A stretch of DNA of 64,000 bases from Octopus vulgaris (lineage: Eukaryota): NCBI GenBank assembly GCA_951406725.2, contig OX597831.1:36270001-36334000 (forward strand). The letters run 5' to 3'. The stretch's first letter is position 1; each line of letters opens with the position of its first letter. Shown in pieces: positions 1-13,389 of this stretch. The position numbers and the translations under genes are program-made. Under the pieces are notes generated by a model that worked only from the letters and a program-made list of their open reading frames with translations, searched no databases and was not told where the DNA came from.

Positions 1-220
1 TAAAAAAAATTTACCATCATATTTTTCCATTTTAATGCATTTTTTTCGCTTTTATATAAGGAAGTAACTCTCTAAAAATATCTACGATGTGTCAACGATT
101 TAAAAAATATTTACCTTAATTTTTTTTCAATTTTTAATGCATTTTTTGGCTATAACTCTCTAAAAATGCTTATATAGTTATTTCCCTTACAATCCGAGCA
201 ACGCCGGGCGATACTGCTAG
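1..220 (+). mobile_element. Helitron 3' end (non-autonomous, truncated by window edge)
   Basis: Imperfect GC hairpin CCGAGCAACGCCGGG (194-208) shortly before terminal CTAG (217-220), followed by T; internal subrepeat at about 8-47 and 108-147. Confidence 0.7.
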
Positions 221-452
221 TATATATATATATGTTCGTATAGAGCTGGTCACAATTGCCATTTGGTGTGATACCACCTTCTCTAGACATGAAGATAACA
301 TTTAGTAAGTCAAGGTATTTATGATTTATGTTGTACAGTATTTAATCTACCTGAAATTTTCTCTCGCTCCCCCCTCTCTCTCTGTATATATACACACATA
401 TATATACAAACATATATATAAATATATATATATACATATATATATATACATA

Positions 453-499
<47 letters not shown>

Positions 500-501
<2 letters not shown>

Positions 502-662
502 GACAGGCTTCTTTCTGTTTCCGTCTACAAAATCCACTCACAAGGCATTGGTCGGCCCGAGGCTATAGCAGAAGACACTTGCCCAAGATGCCACGCAGTG
601 GGACTGAACCCGGAACCATGTAGTTGGTAAGCAAGCTACTTACCACCACAGCCACTCCTGCG

Positions 663-665
<3 letters not shown>
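500..665 (-). mobile_element. tRNA-derived SINE family A, head half (CORE-like, resembles octopus OR-type SINEs)
   Basis: Minus strand reads GGCGCAGGAGTGGCTGTGGTGGTAAG (A box) ... GGTTCAGTCCC (B box) ... CTTGGGCAAGTGTCTT; ten or more copies in the window. Confidence 0.85.
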
Positions 666-717
<52 letters not shown>

Positions 718-722
718 GTACA

Positions 723-759
<37 letters not shown>

Positions 760-1361
760 GTGTACGTATGTATATATGCGCGTATATATGTATATATATG
801 TTTGTATATATGTTCGTATGTATATATACATACATATATATACATATATATATATATACATATATGCGTGTTTATGCGTGTACTTGTGTGTGTGTATGTA
901 CGTATGTATATGCATGTCTACAAACACGTTCAAACACAATCATAATGAAGAAAGGAGCAATTAAAAGACATGTATAGAGTCAAAGCTACAGCTACCTTCC
1001 TGTCTCAGTCTGGAATGAATAGAAAACTTTTAATAATTCCAGTTTGAATATTATTTCATAGAAATATAACTATTGTCTATTCCGAAGGCTTAAATATGGC
1101 GGTGATTCTTTTACAGCCAAATCAGAAAATGGCTGTTTTTCATTGCAATGTCTATTTCCTGTTCCCATCTTTTGTTTTTTCTTTTCCTTTTCATCACATA
1201 TCTCAATTTTCATATTATATTTGCTGAAATATTTTTCTGTTGTATTTGTTTTTGTACGATTTTATTGTTGTTCTTATTTGTGCTGTTGGTTATTAAGGAA
1301 ATGTGTGGGTTTTTAGAGATAGGTTAAATAATGTTCATTGCTTTATTTACATTATTTACAC

Positions 1362-1517
1362 TATTTACATTTGATGGTTATTTGTCCACATCTTGTTTGT
1401 TGTTAACACAACGTTTCGGCTGATATACGTTTCGGCCTCATGAAGGCTGGAGGGTCTATCAGCCGAAACGCTGTATTAACAACAAACAAGATGACAAATA
1501 TCCATCAAATGTAAATA
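1362..1517. mobile_element. Small inverted-repeat element (Penelope pLTR-like) with decayed hammerhead
   Basis: Arms about 1362-1428 and 1454-1517 are reverse complements; contains CTCATGA-A-GGCTG...CAGCC-GAAACG. Confidence 0.6.
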
Positions 1518-1682
1518 ATGTACATAATTCCACATCTCTTAAATATAGAACTGAATATTCATCGCTGTTGTTCAAATTGGAACGTATGTTTAGAAGTAGC
1601 TACGGCTGTGGTTTCTAGCAGATCGAACGACTGCATTGAAACTTCTCCATCAGGAAAATTACTCTTTACTCTCTCTCTCGCT

Positions 1683-2118
<436 letters not shown>

Positions 2119-2335
2119 TTTTCGGTCAAAACCTTATGATTGCCATTTGCAGGAAATCAAAGATCGTTTCATAACAGGAGATACAAATCCATGAGTACGC
2201 ACAGATTTAACAACTATTTTCAGCACGATGTAAACTTTTTTTATCCTTTCTTTAGTAATTCAATAAATGGACTGCGGCCATCGTTAGGCACCGCTTTGTA
2301 GCTTTGTAGCGTTTTACTCTAAAAGATCGTCTCCA

Positions 2336-2472
<137 letters not shown>

Positions 2473-2789
2473 TCAATAAATGGTGGGGTTGTGTCTCCCC
2501 TTACTCACAACACAGGAACTGAAGAACCACAATTACTACTACTTCCTGTCCTGCAAACATGCTGAATTAAACAACACAACACATGCTCTTAATCCCTTTG
2601 GATCTTAACACCTCAAGGTAATTTTTTCGTGAACAACCATAAAACTCAAGATACACAACGAACTCACAATGTATCGGAGAACTTATTTTTTAATTTTTGT
2701 ACATTTTTATCATTATTCTTTTACAAAAACAATGCAATTTTCTTTTTTTCCCCCTTTCTAATTTTGAAAAAAACTTTTTAAAACATAAA

Positions 2790-2830
2790 TATTCTTGACA
2801 AGTCATACAATGACGAAAACCGGTTGAATA
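2790..2830 (+). ncRNA. Decayed type-I hammerhead ribozyme motif
   Basis: TATTC-TTGACAA-GTCAT aca ATGAC-GAAA-ACCGG-TT-GAATA: stems I and II pair and stem III is palindromic, but the core has two transitions from CTGACGA. Confidence 0.55.
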
Positions 2831-2919
2831 AATATATATTTATATATTTTATCAATTTCTCATTTTATTAAAATTTTCTTTCATTTGAGCATTCTGCATT
2901 TTAAAAAAATTTTTCCTTA

Positions 2920-2976
<57 letters not shown>

Positions 2977-3199
2977 ATATATATGTGTGTGTGGTACTTA
3001 TTCTATTGATCTGTGGTATGGACCGCTAGATTATACGTGCGTAAAAATCCGATTCTGATTGCAAAGCGGTGGTTGAAGACAAACACAATGACACATATAC
3101 ACACAAAAATACACACACACAAACACATACACAGACACACACACACCTTCACACACAGACACATTCATGTGTGTATATTAAAGTATAAATTAAGAGAAT

Positions 3200-3478
3200 A
3201 TGTGAGAGGTTTTGCGCTGGAAGTAGAAAAAAAAATTACATTTGGCTTGAGAAGGTTTATTCTTCCACGACCTCGAAATCTCTCGGGTTATACAAGAGAC
3301 ACTGAAAAATTCTTCGCTTTAAGGGTATTGCGAAATATCTGGTTGGAGACCCAATTTTCAGAGTTCATTTACAGGGCTTAGGAAAAACTGAAGGACTGCT
3401 GCAACAAGTGCGTGAATCTGAGATGGCAATATGTTGAATAAAATTATAATTAACTGATCCTTTTCAGCACCTCCTCGC
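3200..3478 (+). mobile_element. Mariner remnant (transposase C-terminus plus right TIR)
   Basis: Decayed translation ...KLKDCCNKCVNLRWQYVE* and TIR CTTTTCAGCACCTCCTCG, shared with the MITE at 60380-60569. Confidence 0.55.
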
Positions 3479-3732
3479 ACATCATGCATGTCCACCCCAA
3501 ACCGACCAGTTTCAGGGTAGAAACCTAACTAAAAGCATCACATGCTTCTCCAGTATGACGCAGTTGAGAATGGAGACTAATCATTTCACGGCATCTTATA
3601 CACTGATACAGAAATAGTAACAAATCTTAAAAAAGATGGCAACTGATAGTCGCAAAGTTACGTTCCACGAGCAACCATTCATTAAACATAATGGCGTTAA
3701 TGCTAATATATATACTTACATACATACAAACA

Positions 3733-3802
<70 letters not shown>

Positions 3803-3947
3803 TGTGTGTGTGTATATATTTGTACATAAATGTGAGTGTGTGTTTGTGTCTGTGTCTGTATTTATATGCATGCATGGATACATACATACATACATACATA
3901 CACATATATATATATATGTGTCTGTGTGTATGTATATATATATATAC

Positions 3948-4013
<66 letters not shown>

Positions 4014-4262
4014 ATGTAATGACATATACGTAGATGCACATATTTATGTGTGTATACAGATAAATATATGTTTATATGCACACACACACGCACCCGCACA
4101 CGCACACACAAACATATGACGCTACCTACAACACCTTAAGTAAGTCATCAGTATTCTACTGCAAAACCCCGTTATTCGACCTACTATAAATAGGATACAC
4201 ATTTCAAATTGAACCCGAGAATCTTACCTGAGGAGAGACACATATCGATAGCATACACCTGG

Positions 4263-4354
<92 letters not shown>

Positions 4355-4744
4355 GAAAAGATGAGATAACATGCATAAATACGCAAACTAGCATCGAAAC
4401 ATGCAGGAAATGTTGTCGGCGCTGGAGTTTATGATAACACATACTCATATAAATGTGTGATATAATGTGCGATATTGTGTGTGATATTATAAGTGTGTGT
4501 GCGTTAGTGTGACTATGCAATAGCGTTCTGTTTTTCTCCTTCCTTTCAACGTTACCACTTCGCTCTGTCGACATGTTTCTCTCTCTCTTTCTTCCTCTCT
4601 CTCTCTCTCTCTCTCTCTCATTCCGCCTTTGCTTACTACTTCTCTGAGTATAACTCTTCTCAGCCAATATTTTCTCATTCTCTGTTTTTCCTTGCCGCTA
4701 TTCCGCCATGTGTGCGTGTACATTATAAATATGTGTGTGTGTGT

Positions 4745-4808
<64 letters not shown>

Positions 4809-4850
4809 GTATATATATTTATGTATATACATATATATTTTTATGTATGC

Positions 4851-4888
<38 letters not shown>

Positions 4889-5755
4889 CTGTGTGTGTGT
4901 GTATAAGTGTGTGTAAGTGTGTAAGTGTTAATGCGTGTGTGTGCGTGCGTATGTGTGTGTTTATATATATACATTTATCTATATACCTATATATATTTAT
5001 GCTTGCTTATATATAGATATATATATATCTGTATGTGTGTGTGTTTTCTTATGTGTTCGTATATATACATATATGTGTGTGTGTGTGTGTGTCCGTTTTT
5101 ATGCCAGTGTGTGCGTGTTTATGCGTGTGTGTGTGTGTGTATACAGTACACATGTATGTACACGTGCCACGTACGTGTGCGTAAGTTATCTTTCTGAATC
5201 ATTATCACATATTTGAAATCATCGAAGGCGTCTCGTCATGCTGTTGAACAGAACACGTGACCGTATGAGCCACATAAAATAACAGCTATGAATAGGTGTT
5301 TGCAAAGCGCCTATAATTAATTGGATGAGCGGAATCTTGTAGAAGCTGAACATTTACTTAAGGCTCCAATATCAGAGATAAGCTCCTTCATTTCAGAGAC
5401 AAGGTCCTTCATTTCAGAGATTATCAGTAGCTCAGAGCTAGTTATGTTCGCTTGCTATATATTCTATAATCTCAGATTTATAAACTTATTAAAAAATGCA
5501 AGAAGCATTACATTAGCAGCCAATTTCTCGGGGCTTTATGTATCTCCTATAAAATTTTTTTTGTGCCATTGTTAAAGAAACTATATGCTATAAACCTCAG
5601 TGTATGTGCAGTAAATATGCACCCAAGTGATTCTTACGAGAAAGAGAAACAAATTTTTCTGTGGATCACTTCGTCATCATTAGCTCCGTAGTTCATTACA
5701 ATTTATAGAATGATTGTTAACCTTAAAAAAATAATGAAAGCTGAGATATACTAAA

Positions 5756-6022
5756 ATTGGGTTGGTACATAATTATTGCGGCTTTTTTTTCTTTTGTCAA
5801 TAAATTTTATTCAACAAAAACGATAACAAAATGTAACAAAAACGTTTTTAAATGATTATTCTGGAGCATATTCACCATCTACTTCAATTACTGCTTCCCA
5901 TTTGCTTGGCAGACAGTCAGACCGTCATTGAAAGATGATTTTGTTAAATATTGTTGTTGCTTTTCTTGAATAAAATTTGTTGAAAAAAAAAAAAAGCCGC
6001 AATAATTATGCACCAACCCAAT
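5756..6022. mobile_element. Mariner-derived MITE
   Basis: TIRs ATTGGGTTGGTACATAATTATTGCGGCTTTT / AAAAGCCGCAATAATTATGCACCAACCCAAT; internal minus-strand LPSKWEAVIEVDGEY, a mariner-type C-terminus. Confidence 0.85.
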
Positions 6023-6310
6023 TGTCTTTCTAAACCAATCTTATATAATAGAACTAACTAAATTTAAGCTATTCTCCAGCATTTCGATTCGTTTTTGTCT
6101 TTGAATAGCTGGCTATGCCCTACATGCCTCGGTGAAGAATGTGCTGCAGACACCCAAAGAAATTATACTTACCGAAGACCAGTGCCTTTGTCAAGGAGAT
6201 TCTCCTTTGCTATCAACTTAAATGTTGGTTCTTCGGAGGATGCAGGATGATAAAATTCAAAAGGAAATAATAAATATTACACGCTTAAATCAGTAAATCT
6301 AAGCATAGAC

Positions 6311-6560
6311 TTTTTACTTTCCTTTTACTTGTTTCAGTCGTACGACTGCGACCATACTAGAGCACCGCCTTAAAAAAGTTTTAGCGCAAGAAATCACCCC
6401 TTCGAGTTAAACTTTGTAAGTTCTTATTCTATCGGTCTCTTTTGCCGAACAGCTAAGTTACGGGTATGTAAACACACCAGCATCAGTTGTCAAGCGATTG
6501 GGGAGACACACACTCAGACAAAGAATCGCACACATAAATATATACATGTGTGTATGTATA
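6311..6560 (-). mobile_element. SINE family A, tail half
   Basis: GAGCACCGCC...TTATTCTATCGGTCTCTTTTGCCGAACAGCTAAGTTACG...GTTGTCAAGCG; ends in the microsatellite at the giant inverted repeat. Confidence 0.8.
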
Positions 6561-6592
6561 TATATATATATATATATTTATTATATAGAAGG

Positions 6593-6643
6593 AGCTTCTA
6601 CAGGACTAGTACTGTTTCATTCAAGAGAAATCTTCAGGAAGCT
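6593..6643 (-). ncRNA. Type-I hammerhead ribozyme (left arm copy)
   Basis: Reverse complement of 10921-10971. Confidence 0.75.
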
Positions 6644-6865
6644 ATTTAACAAGAATTGTATTAGCATTTATACATTTAGGCAGGTTTAAAGGAGTGGTGG
6701 TGGGGGACTTTTTTGGGGGTAGGCATAGCGCAAAATATCATACTTGGGGGAGTGGTCAAGGAGTCAGTGGTAAGTTAGATGAAAGAATAGATAAATAAAA
6801 AAAAAAATAAATAAAAAAATAAAAAAGTAAAAAAAAATAAATAAATAAATAAAAATATATATATA

Positions 6866-6897
<32 letters not shown>

Positions 6898-7012
6898 ATA
6901 TATATATAAAAAAAAAAAAAAAAAAAGGGGGGAATAGAGTTATAGGTAAATAAGGAGATTCTCACTTATACCTATACACATATGTATACGTATCTACACA
7001 CATATATATATA

Positions 7013-7058
<46 letters not shown>

Positions 7059-7502
7059 TATATACACATATACATACATATCTACATACACACATACATA
7101 CACCCGCCCACATATACAAATTTATACACATGCACATGCATATACCTGTCTACACATACACACACGTATATATGCATACACTCACTCCCATGCATGCACG
7201 CATACACACATGTATATATATACACACGACCACACATACATATATACACAGAAAAATATATATTCATACGCACATACACTCATGCACACACAACACACCT
7301 AGTTCCCTATATACACATATTTACACCTATATATACATACACCCACATACACATATGTACATATATATATATATATACATATATATACATATATATACAT
7401 ATACACGCATACATATATATACATGTGTGCACATACATACATATACACATATACATACACACACACATACACATGTGTACCTATACATACCTACACATAC
7501 AC

Positions 7503-7543
<41 letters not shown>

Positions 7544-7932
7544 CCAATACAGGCCCATTCCCTAATTTTAATTTTATTATCTTCATTTATTACTTTTGTT
7601 ATCTTTGATCGCTAGCTAAGGATCCTGGCTATGGCAGAATGTCCATTTGTCTGTCTACTAGAAGGCAAGTACTCATTCCCGCTCGCACACTCATTAGCAC
7701 GTACATTCACCCATTCGTACACTCATACACATACACGTACGCACGCGTTATATTCATACATACAAACATCTACATACGTTCACGTATATACACATACGTA
7801 CTCGTACCTACAGATTCGTGTCTACACTTTAGGAGGCTAGTCTATACATATACACCAATAAATATACATATATATATATATACACATATACATACACACA
7901 CACACATATATACTCCTACATACAGATACATA

Positions 7933-7980
<48 letters not shown>

Positions 7981-8190
7981 CATACACACACACACATATA
8001 TATACACACACATACATACACATATATATACATACACAAACATATATACACACATATATATATATATATATATACACACATACACACACACATACATACA
8101 TATACACACAAACACATACATACGTATACATACATACATACATCCATACATCCATACTTACATGCATTTATACGCATACACACACCCCCA

Positions 8191-8229
<39 letters not shown>

Positions 8230-8731
8230 TCACACATACATATACAAATATATGCACACACATATACATACATACACGTATACACATACACGCACATACA
8301 CATATACATGCGTACCCATACACGTGCACACACGCACGTGCATCCATATATATACACACACACACATATATATACACGTGTGCAAGCATACATACATACT
8401 CATACACGCACACATACTTACATATACATATATGCACACACTTACACACATATATATACATACACATATACATGCATACATACATATATGCATACATACA
8501 CATACACGCACATACACATATACATGCGTACCCATACACGTGCACACACGCACGCGCATCCATATATATACACACACACACATATATACACGTGTGCAAG
8601 CATACATACATACTCATACATGCACACATACTTACATATACATATATGCACACACTTACACACATATATACATACACATATACATGCATACATACATATA
8701 TGCATACATACACACACGCGCGCTCATATAC

Positions 8732-8766
<35 letters not shown>

Positions 8767-8778
8767 CATATATATATA

Positions 8779-8817
<39 letters not shown>

Positions 8818-8989
8818 ACATACATATACATACACACATACACATACATACACATACAACTACACACACACACATATATATATATATACACATATATACA
8901 CACATACACATACATATATACACATATACATACATATACATACACACACACATACATATATACATATACACTGATACACATACCCATAC

Positions 8990-9022
<33 letters not shown>

Positions 9023-9306
9023 TACACATGCATATACTTATATCTCTACATACTCACATATATGTATGTATGCATGTATATGTGTATGTATATATATGTG
9101 TGTAAGTGTGTGCATATATGTATATGTAAGTATGTGTGCGTGTATGAGTATGTATGTATGCTTGCACACGTGTATATATATGTGTGTGTGTGTATATATA
9201 TGGATGCACGTGCGTGTGTGCACGTGTATGGGTACGCATGTATATGTGTATGTGCGTCTATGTGTATACGTGTATGTATGTATATGTGTGTGCGTATATT
9301 TGTATA

Positions 9307-9350
<44 letters not shown>

Positions 9351-9446
9351 GATGGGGGTGTGTGTATGCGTATAAATGCATGTAAGTATGGATGTATGGA
9401 TGTATGTATGTATGTATACGTATGTATGTGTTTGTGTGTATATGTA

Positions 9447-9481
<35 letters not shown>

Positions 9482-9494
9482 ATATATATGTGTA

Positions 9495-9568
<74 letters not shown>

Positions 9569-9961
9569 GGTATGTATCTGTATGTAGGAGTATATATGTG
9601 TGTGTGTGTATGTATATGTGTATATATATATATATGTATATTTATTGGTGTATATGTATAGACTAGCCTCCTAAAGTGTAGACACGAATCTGTAGGTACG
9701 AGTACGTATGTGTATATACGTGAACGTATGTAGATGTTTGTATGTATGAATATAACGCGTGCGTACGTGTATGTGTATGAGTGTACGAATGGGTGAATGT
9801 ACGTGCTAATGAGTGTGCGTGCGGGAATGAGTACTTGCCTTCTAGTAGACAGACAAATGGACATGCTGCCATAGCCAGGATCCTTAGCTAGCGATCAAAG
9901 ATAACAAAAGTAATAAATGAAGATAATAAAATTAAAATTAGGGAATGGGCCTGTATTGGAT

Positions 9962-10009
<48 letters not shown>

Positions 10010-10453
10010 GTGTATGTGTAGGTATGTATAGGTACACATGTGTATGTGTGTGTGTATGTATATGTGTATATGTATGTATGTGCACACATGTATATATATG
10101 TATGCGTGTATATGTATATATATGTATATATATGTATATATATATATATATGTACATATGTGTATGTGGGTGTATGTATATATAGGTGTAAATATGTGTA
10201 TATAGGGAACTAGGTGTGTTGTGTGTGCATGAGTGTATGTGCGTATGAATATATATTTTTCTGTGTATATATGTATGTGTGGTCGTGTGTATATATATAC
10301 ATGTGTGTATGCGTGCATGCATGGGAGTGAGTGTATGCATATATACGTGTGTGTATGTGTAGACAGGTATATGCATGTGCATGTGTATAAATTTGTATAT
10401 GTGAGCGGGTGTATGTATGTGTGTATGTAGATATGTATGTATATGTGTATATA

Positions 10454-10501
<48 letters not shown>

Positions 10502-10605
10502 TATATATATATGTGTAGATACGTATAGATATGTGTATAGGTATAAGTGAGAATCTCCTTATTTACCTATAACTCTATCCCTTTTTTTTTTTTTTTTATA
10601 TATAT

Positions 10606-10645
<40 letters not shown>

Positions 10646-10920
10646 TATATATATTTTTTTATATATATATATATATATATTTTTATATATATATATTTTT
10701 TTATTTATTTATTTTTTTATTTTTTTTTATTTTTTTTTTTTTATTTTTTTATTTTTTTATTTTTTTATTTATCTATTCTTTCATCTAACTTACCACTGAC
10801 TCCTTGACCACTCCCCCAAGTATGATATTTTGCGCTATGCCTACCCCCAAAAAAAGTCCCCCACCACCACTCCTTTAAACCTGCCTAAATGTATAAATGC
10901 TAATACAATTCTTGTTAATT

Positions 10921-10971
10921 AGCTTCCTGAAGATTTCTCTTGAATGAAACAGTACTAGTCCTGTAGAAGCT
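10921..10971 (+). ncRNA. Type-I hammerhead ribozyme
   Basis: AGCTTC-CTGAAGA-tTTC tctt GAAt-GAAA-CAGtACTAGTcCTG-TA-GAAGCT: 6 bp stem I, CUGANGA and GAAA boxes, near-palindromic stem III, GUA site (cut after 10965). Stem II is weak. Confidence 0.75.
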
Positions 10972-11055
10972 CCTTCTATATAATAAATTAATTTTACTCT
11001 GCTATGTATTGAGTACCTTACTTACTGTGGTTAACCCCGAATCAACCCGGGACCT

Positions 11056-11105
<50 letters not shown>

Positions 11106-11164
11106 AAAAAATGAAGTTCGAAAATGCTGCTGTATTATACAATTTTTAATTTTTATATATACAT

Positions 11165-11205
11165 TATAACATGTTTCAGTTCCTGAAATGAACCTTATCA
11201 AAAAA
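11165..11205 (-). ncRNA. Decayed hammerhead motif in Penelope 3' region
   Basis: Minus strand TTGATAA-GGTTC atttcag GAACT-GAAA-CATG-TT; stem I is poor. Confidence 0.45.
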
Positions 11206-11580
11206 AGTTATATATAAAAAAAGACAGCTCATGCCGTCAAACACAAGAAATTCATTTATAATACACAACGGAGTCAGACATCTTAGAGTTCATGTATAGT
11301 TGATATATAGTTCATGTATAGTTGATATATAGTTTGAAGTATATGTTCAAAGTGTTCGATGCAGTGGCCCACGGTGGCGATACGTATTCAATACAAAAAA
11401 CAGATCAAAGTGGTGGAAAGCGGTCAATACAGAAGATTGATGTTTCCGAAAGAGCGAGGAATTCATTTTTACCTTAAGCAATTGTGATGACCCATGGTGG
11501 ATGTTCGCTGGGTGGATCTAGTGAATTTTGTGAAGTGCTCGGTTTTATAATGCCTGTTAGGTGGTCAATCCAGCGTAGCG

Positions 11581-11915
11581 TGACGTCGTCAACGTTTTGA
11601 CCAATCGTTTCGTTAGGTGGCTTTATTCAAGCAGAACGGGACGTCATCATCATTTTGACCAATCGCTGCATTATAACTGCCTCTTGTTTGTTTCCTGTTT
11701 TGACCAGTCGCTTCGTTAGTGAAGCAGAACGGGACGTCATCCAGATTCTGCCCAATCACGACTTATAGCTACATTAGATCTGCCCCCTGTCTGTACTTGT
11801 TAGGTGACTAGTCAAGCAGAAAAGGACGTCATCAATATTCTGACTAATGACTGTCCCCTGTTTGTATCCTGTCCATTCTAGCAGAGCTAGACGTCATCAA
11901 CTTGTTGACCAATCA
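11581..11915 (+). promoter_or_regulatory. Five GACGTC(A)...CCAATC modules (CRE-like plus CCAAT box) with fixed spacing
   Basis: GACGTC at 11582, 11640, 11733, 11825 and 11890; CCAAT (CTAAT in copy 4) starts exactly 19 nt later each time. Confidence 0.65.
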
Positions 11916-12082
11916 GAATCGGGTCTGACCCTTAGCTGTATCGTATGTATCAGGGTCAGATTTGCACGAAAGAATTTTTTTCCTTTTTTACTAAGGCATA
12001 TTTCCGTCAGAGCGAGTGTCTGTTTAAAGTAGCGGCCGTGGTGGAATTTTGCTTCTCCTTTTCGGAGGACTTATCTTTTGTT

Positions 12083-12659
12083 TTAGTATTCCTGGCCCAG
12101 GGTGTTTAAACTTGGTCTAAATTTTTTTATGAAATATGGTTCTTTATTTTGGCGTTGTGTGAAGGTTGCGTTGTCACTGAATTTATAGAGCGGGTTAGTT
12201 GTAAATTTCGGATTTACATTTCCAGCACATCTATCTGTGTGTCCGCTGACCGGTATTTTGCGGTAATCAGGGTTTCTAATTTGTGATTTATGCACCGCCA
12301 TCCTGTTACGTAAGCTATTTTTTGTATGGCCTATATACTGCCTATTGCAGCCTGCGCATGTTATGACGTAAATTAAGTTTTCTGATGCGCAGGTGAAGTT
12401 TGTTCTAATGGTGAACTGGTGGCCTTGTTCCAGTATAAATTCTGATCCTTCTTTCAAGATGACACAGATTCCGCAGTTGGGCCTTCCACTTTTTCTAACT
12501 GCTGGTTTTGTGGTTGATGTTGAGTGCAGTGTAGCTTGGGAAAATCCTTTTCAAGGATTTTGGTTGCCGTTTACTTTTAATGATGGTGTGTGTTTCGAGG
12601 ATCCGGTTCATCTTTGGGTCTCCCTTTAGTAGGGTTGTGCTTTGTAGTATGGTGTTGAA

Positions 12660-12660
<1 letters not shown>
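12083..12660 (-). pseudogene. Penelope-like GIY-YIG endonuclease domain fragment
   Basis: NLIYVITCAGCNRQYIGHT..LRNRMAVH..E.YFIKKFRPSLN, preceded by the Zn-linker-like GRPNCGIC; frameshifted upstream and no RT present. Confidence 0.9.
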
Positions 12661-12704
<44 letters not shown>

Positions 12705-12711
<7 letters not shown>

Positions 12712-13265
12712 TAAATTAGAGACAAAACCACTATAATGCAAATCAAACAAAGAAAGACTTAAGCCAATACATAAAATAATTTAGAGTTTATTATAAGTAA
12801 ATTTTTATTTAGATTATATAGATTATTTATATCTTAAAAATATTGATTATATATATATATATATATATTATATTAAATTAGAGACAAAACCACTATAATG
12901 CAAATCAAACAAAGAAAGACTTAAGCCAATACATAAAATAATTTAGAGTTTATTATAAGTAAATTTTTATTTAGATTATATAGATTATTTATATCTTAAA
13001 AATATTGATTATATTTTAGGTTTTGAAACCACCTGAAGAATGTCTCATAGAAGTCCTGACACGAAACGATCGTAGTGGTTATTTTAATTAAATTTAATTT
13101 ATATAAATTATTTTATGTATTGGCTTAAGTCTTTCTTTGTTTGATTTGCATTATAGTGGTTTTGTCTCTAATTTAATATAATATAATATTTTACTATAAA
13201 ATTGGATTCAATCCTAAAGCTGATTTTTCCCTGTAAATTTGAATTTATTCCCTAATATTTATTAT

Positions 13266-13268
<3 letters not shown>
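12705..13268 (+). mobile_element. Inverted/tandem pLTR-like element carrying a hammerhead
   Basis: 161 bp-period direct duplication (about 12705-12851 and 12866-13012); its first ~85 bp recur inverted at about 13103-13187; (TA)n flanks. Confidence 0.8.
13027..13080 (+). ncRNA. Type-I hammerhead ribozyme
   Basis: AACCAC-CTGAAGA-aTGTC...GACAc-GAAA-CGATCG-TA-GTGGTT: 6 bp stem I, palindromic stem III, GUA site (cut after 13074); A-C mismatch at the base of stem II. Confidence 0.8.
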
Positions 13269-13308
<40 letters not shown>

Positions 13309-13332
13309 GAGAGAGAGAGAGAGAGAGAGAGT

Positions 13333-13384
<52 letters not shown>

Positions 13385-13389
<5 letters not shown>

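Larger units (their letters stand above)
6577..10987. repeat. ~4.4 kb fold-back: ~1.9 kb inverted arms (about 6577-8490 and 9056-10987), Penelope pLTR-like
   Basis: Unique islands mirror each other (6577-6800 vs 10765-10987; 7540-7860 vs 9640-9962), and the ORF track shows mirrored peptides (7639+ vs 9864-). Confidence 0.95.
11100..12662 (-). mobile_element. 5'-truncated Penelope-like element (GIY-YIG endonuclease plus 3' UTR/pLTR)
   Basis: GIY-YIG coding remnant, then ~1 kb of non-coding sequence with a decayed HHR at about 11165-11205; (TA)n on both sides. Confidence 0.8.

Noticed and set aside
4228-4258. 31 nt minus-strand micro-exon (CAG|GTAAGA donor)
   Set aside because: The acceptor lacks a polypyrimidine tract and there is no supporting evidence.
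5371-5420. 21 bp tandem repeat (TCAGAGATAAGCTCCTTCATT, about 2.5 copies)
   Set aside because: Ordinary short slippage duplication.
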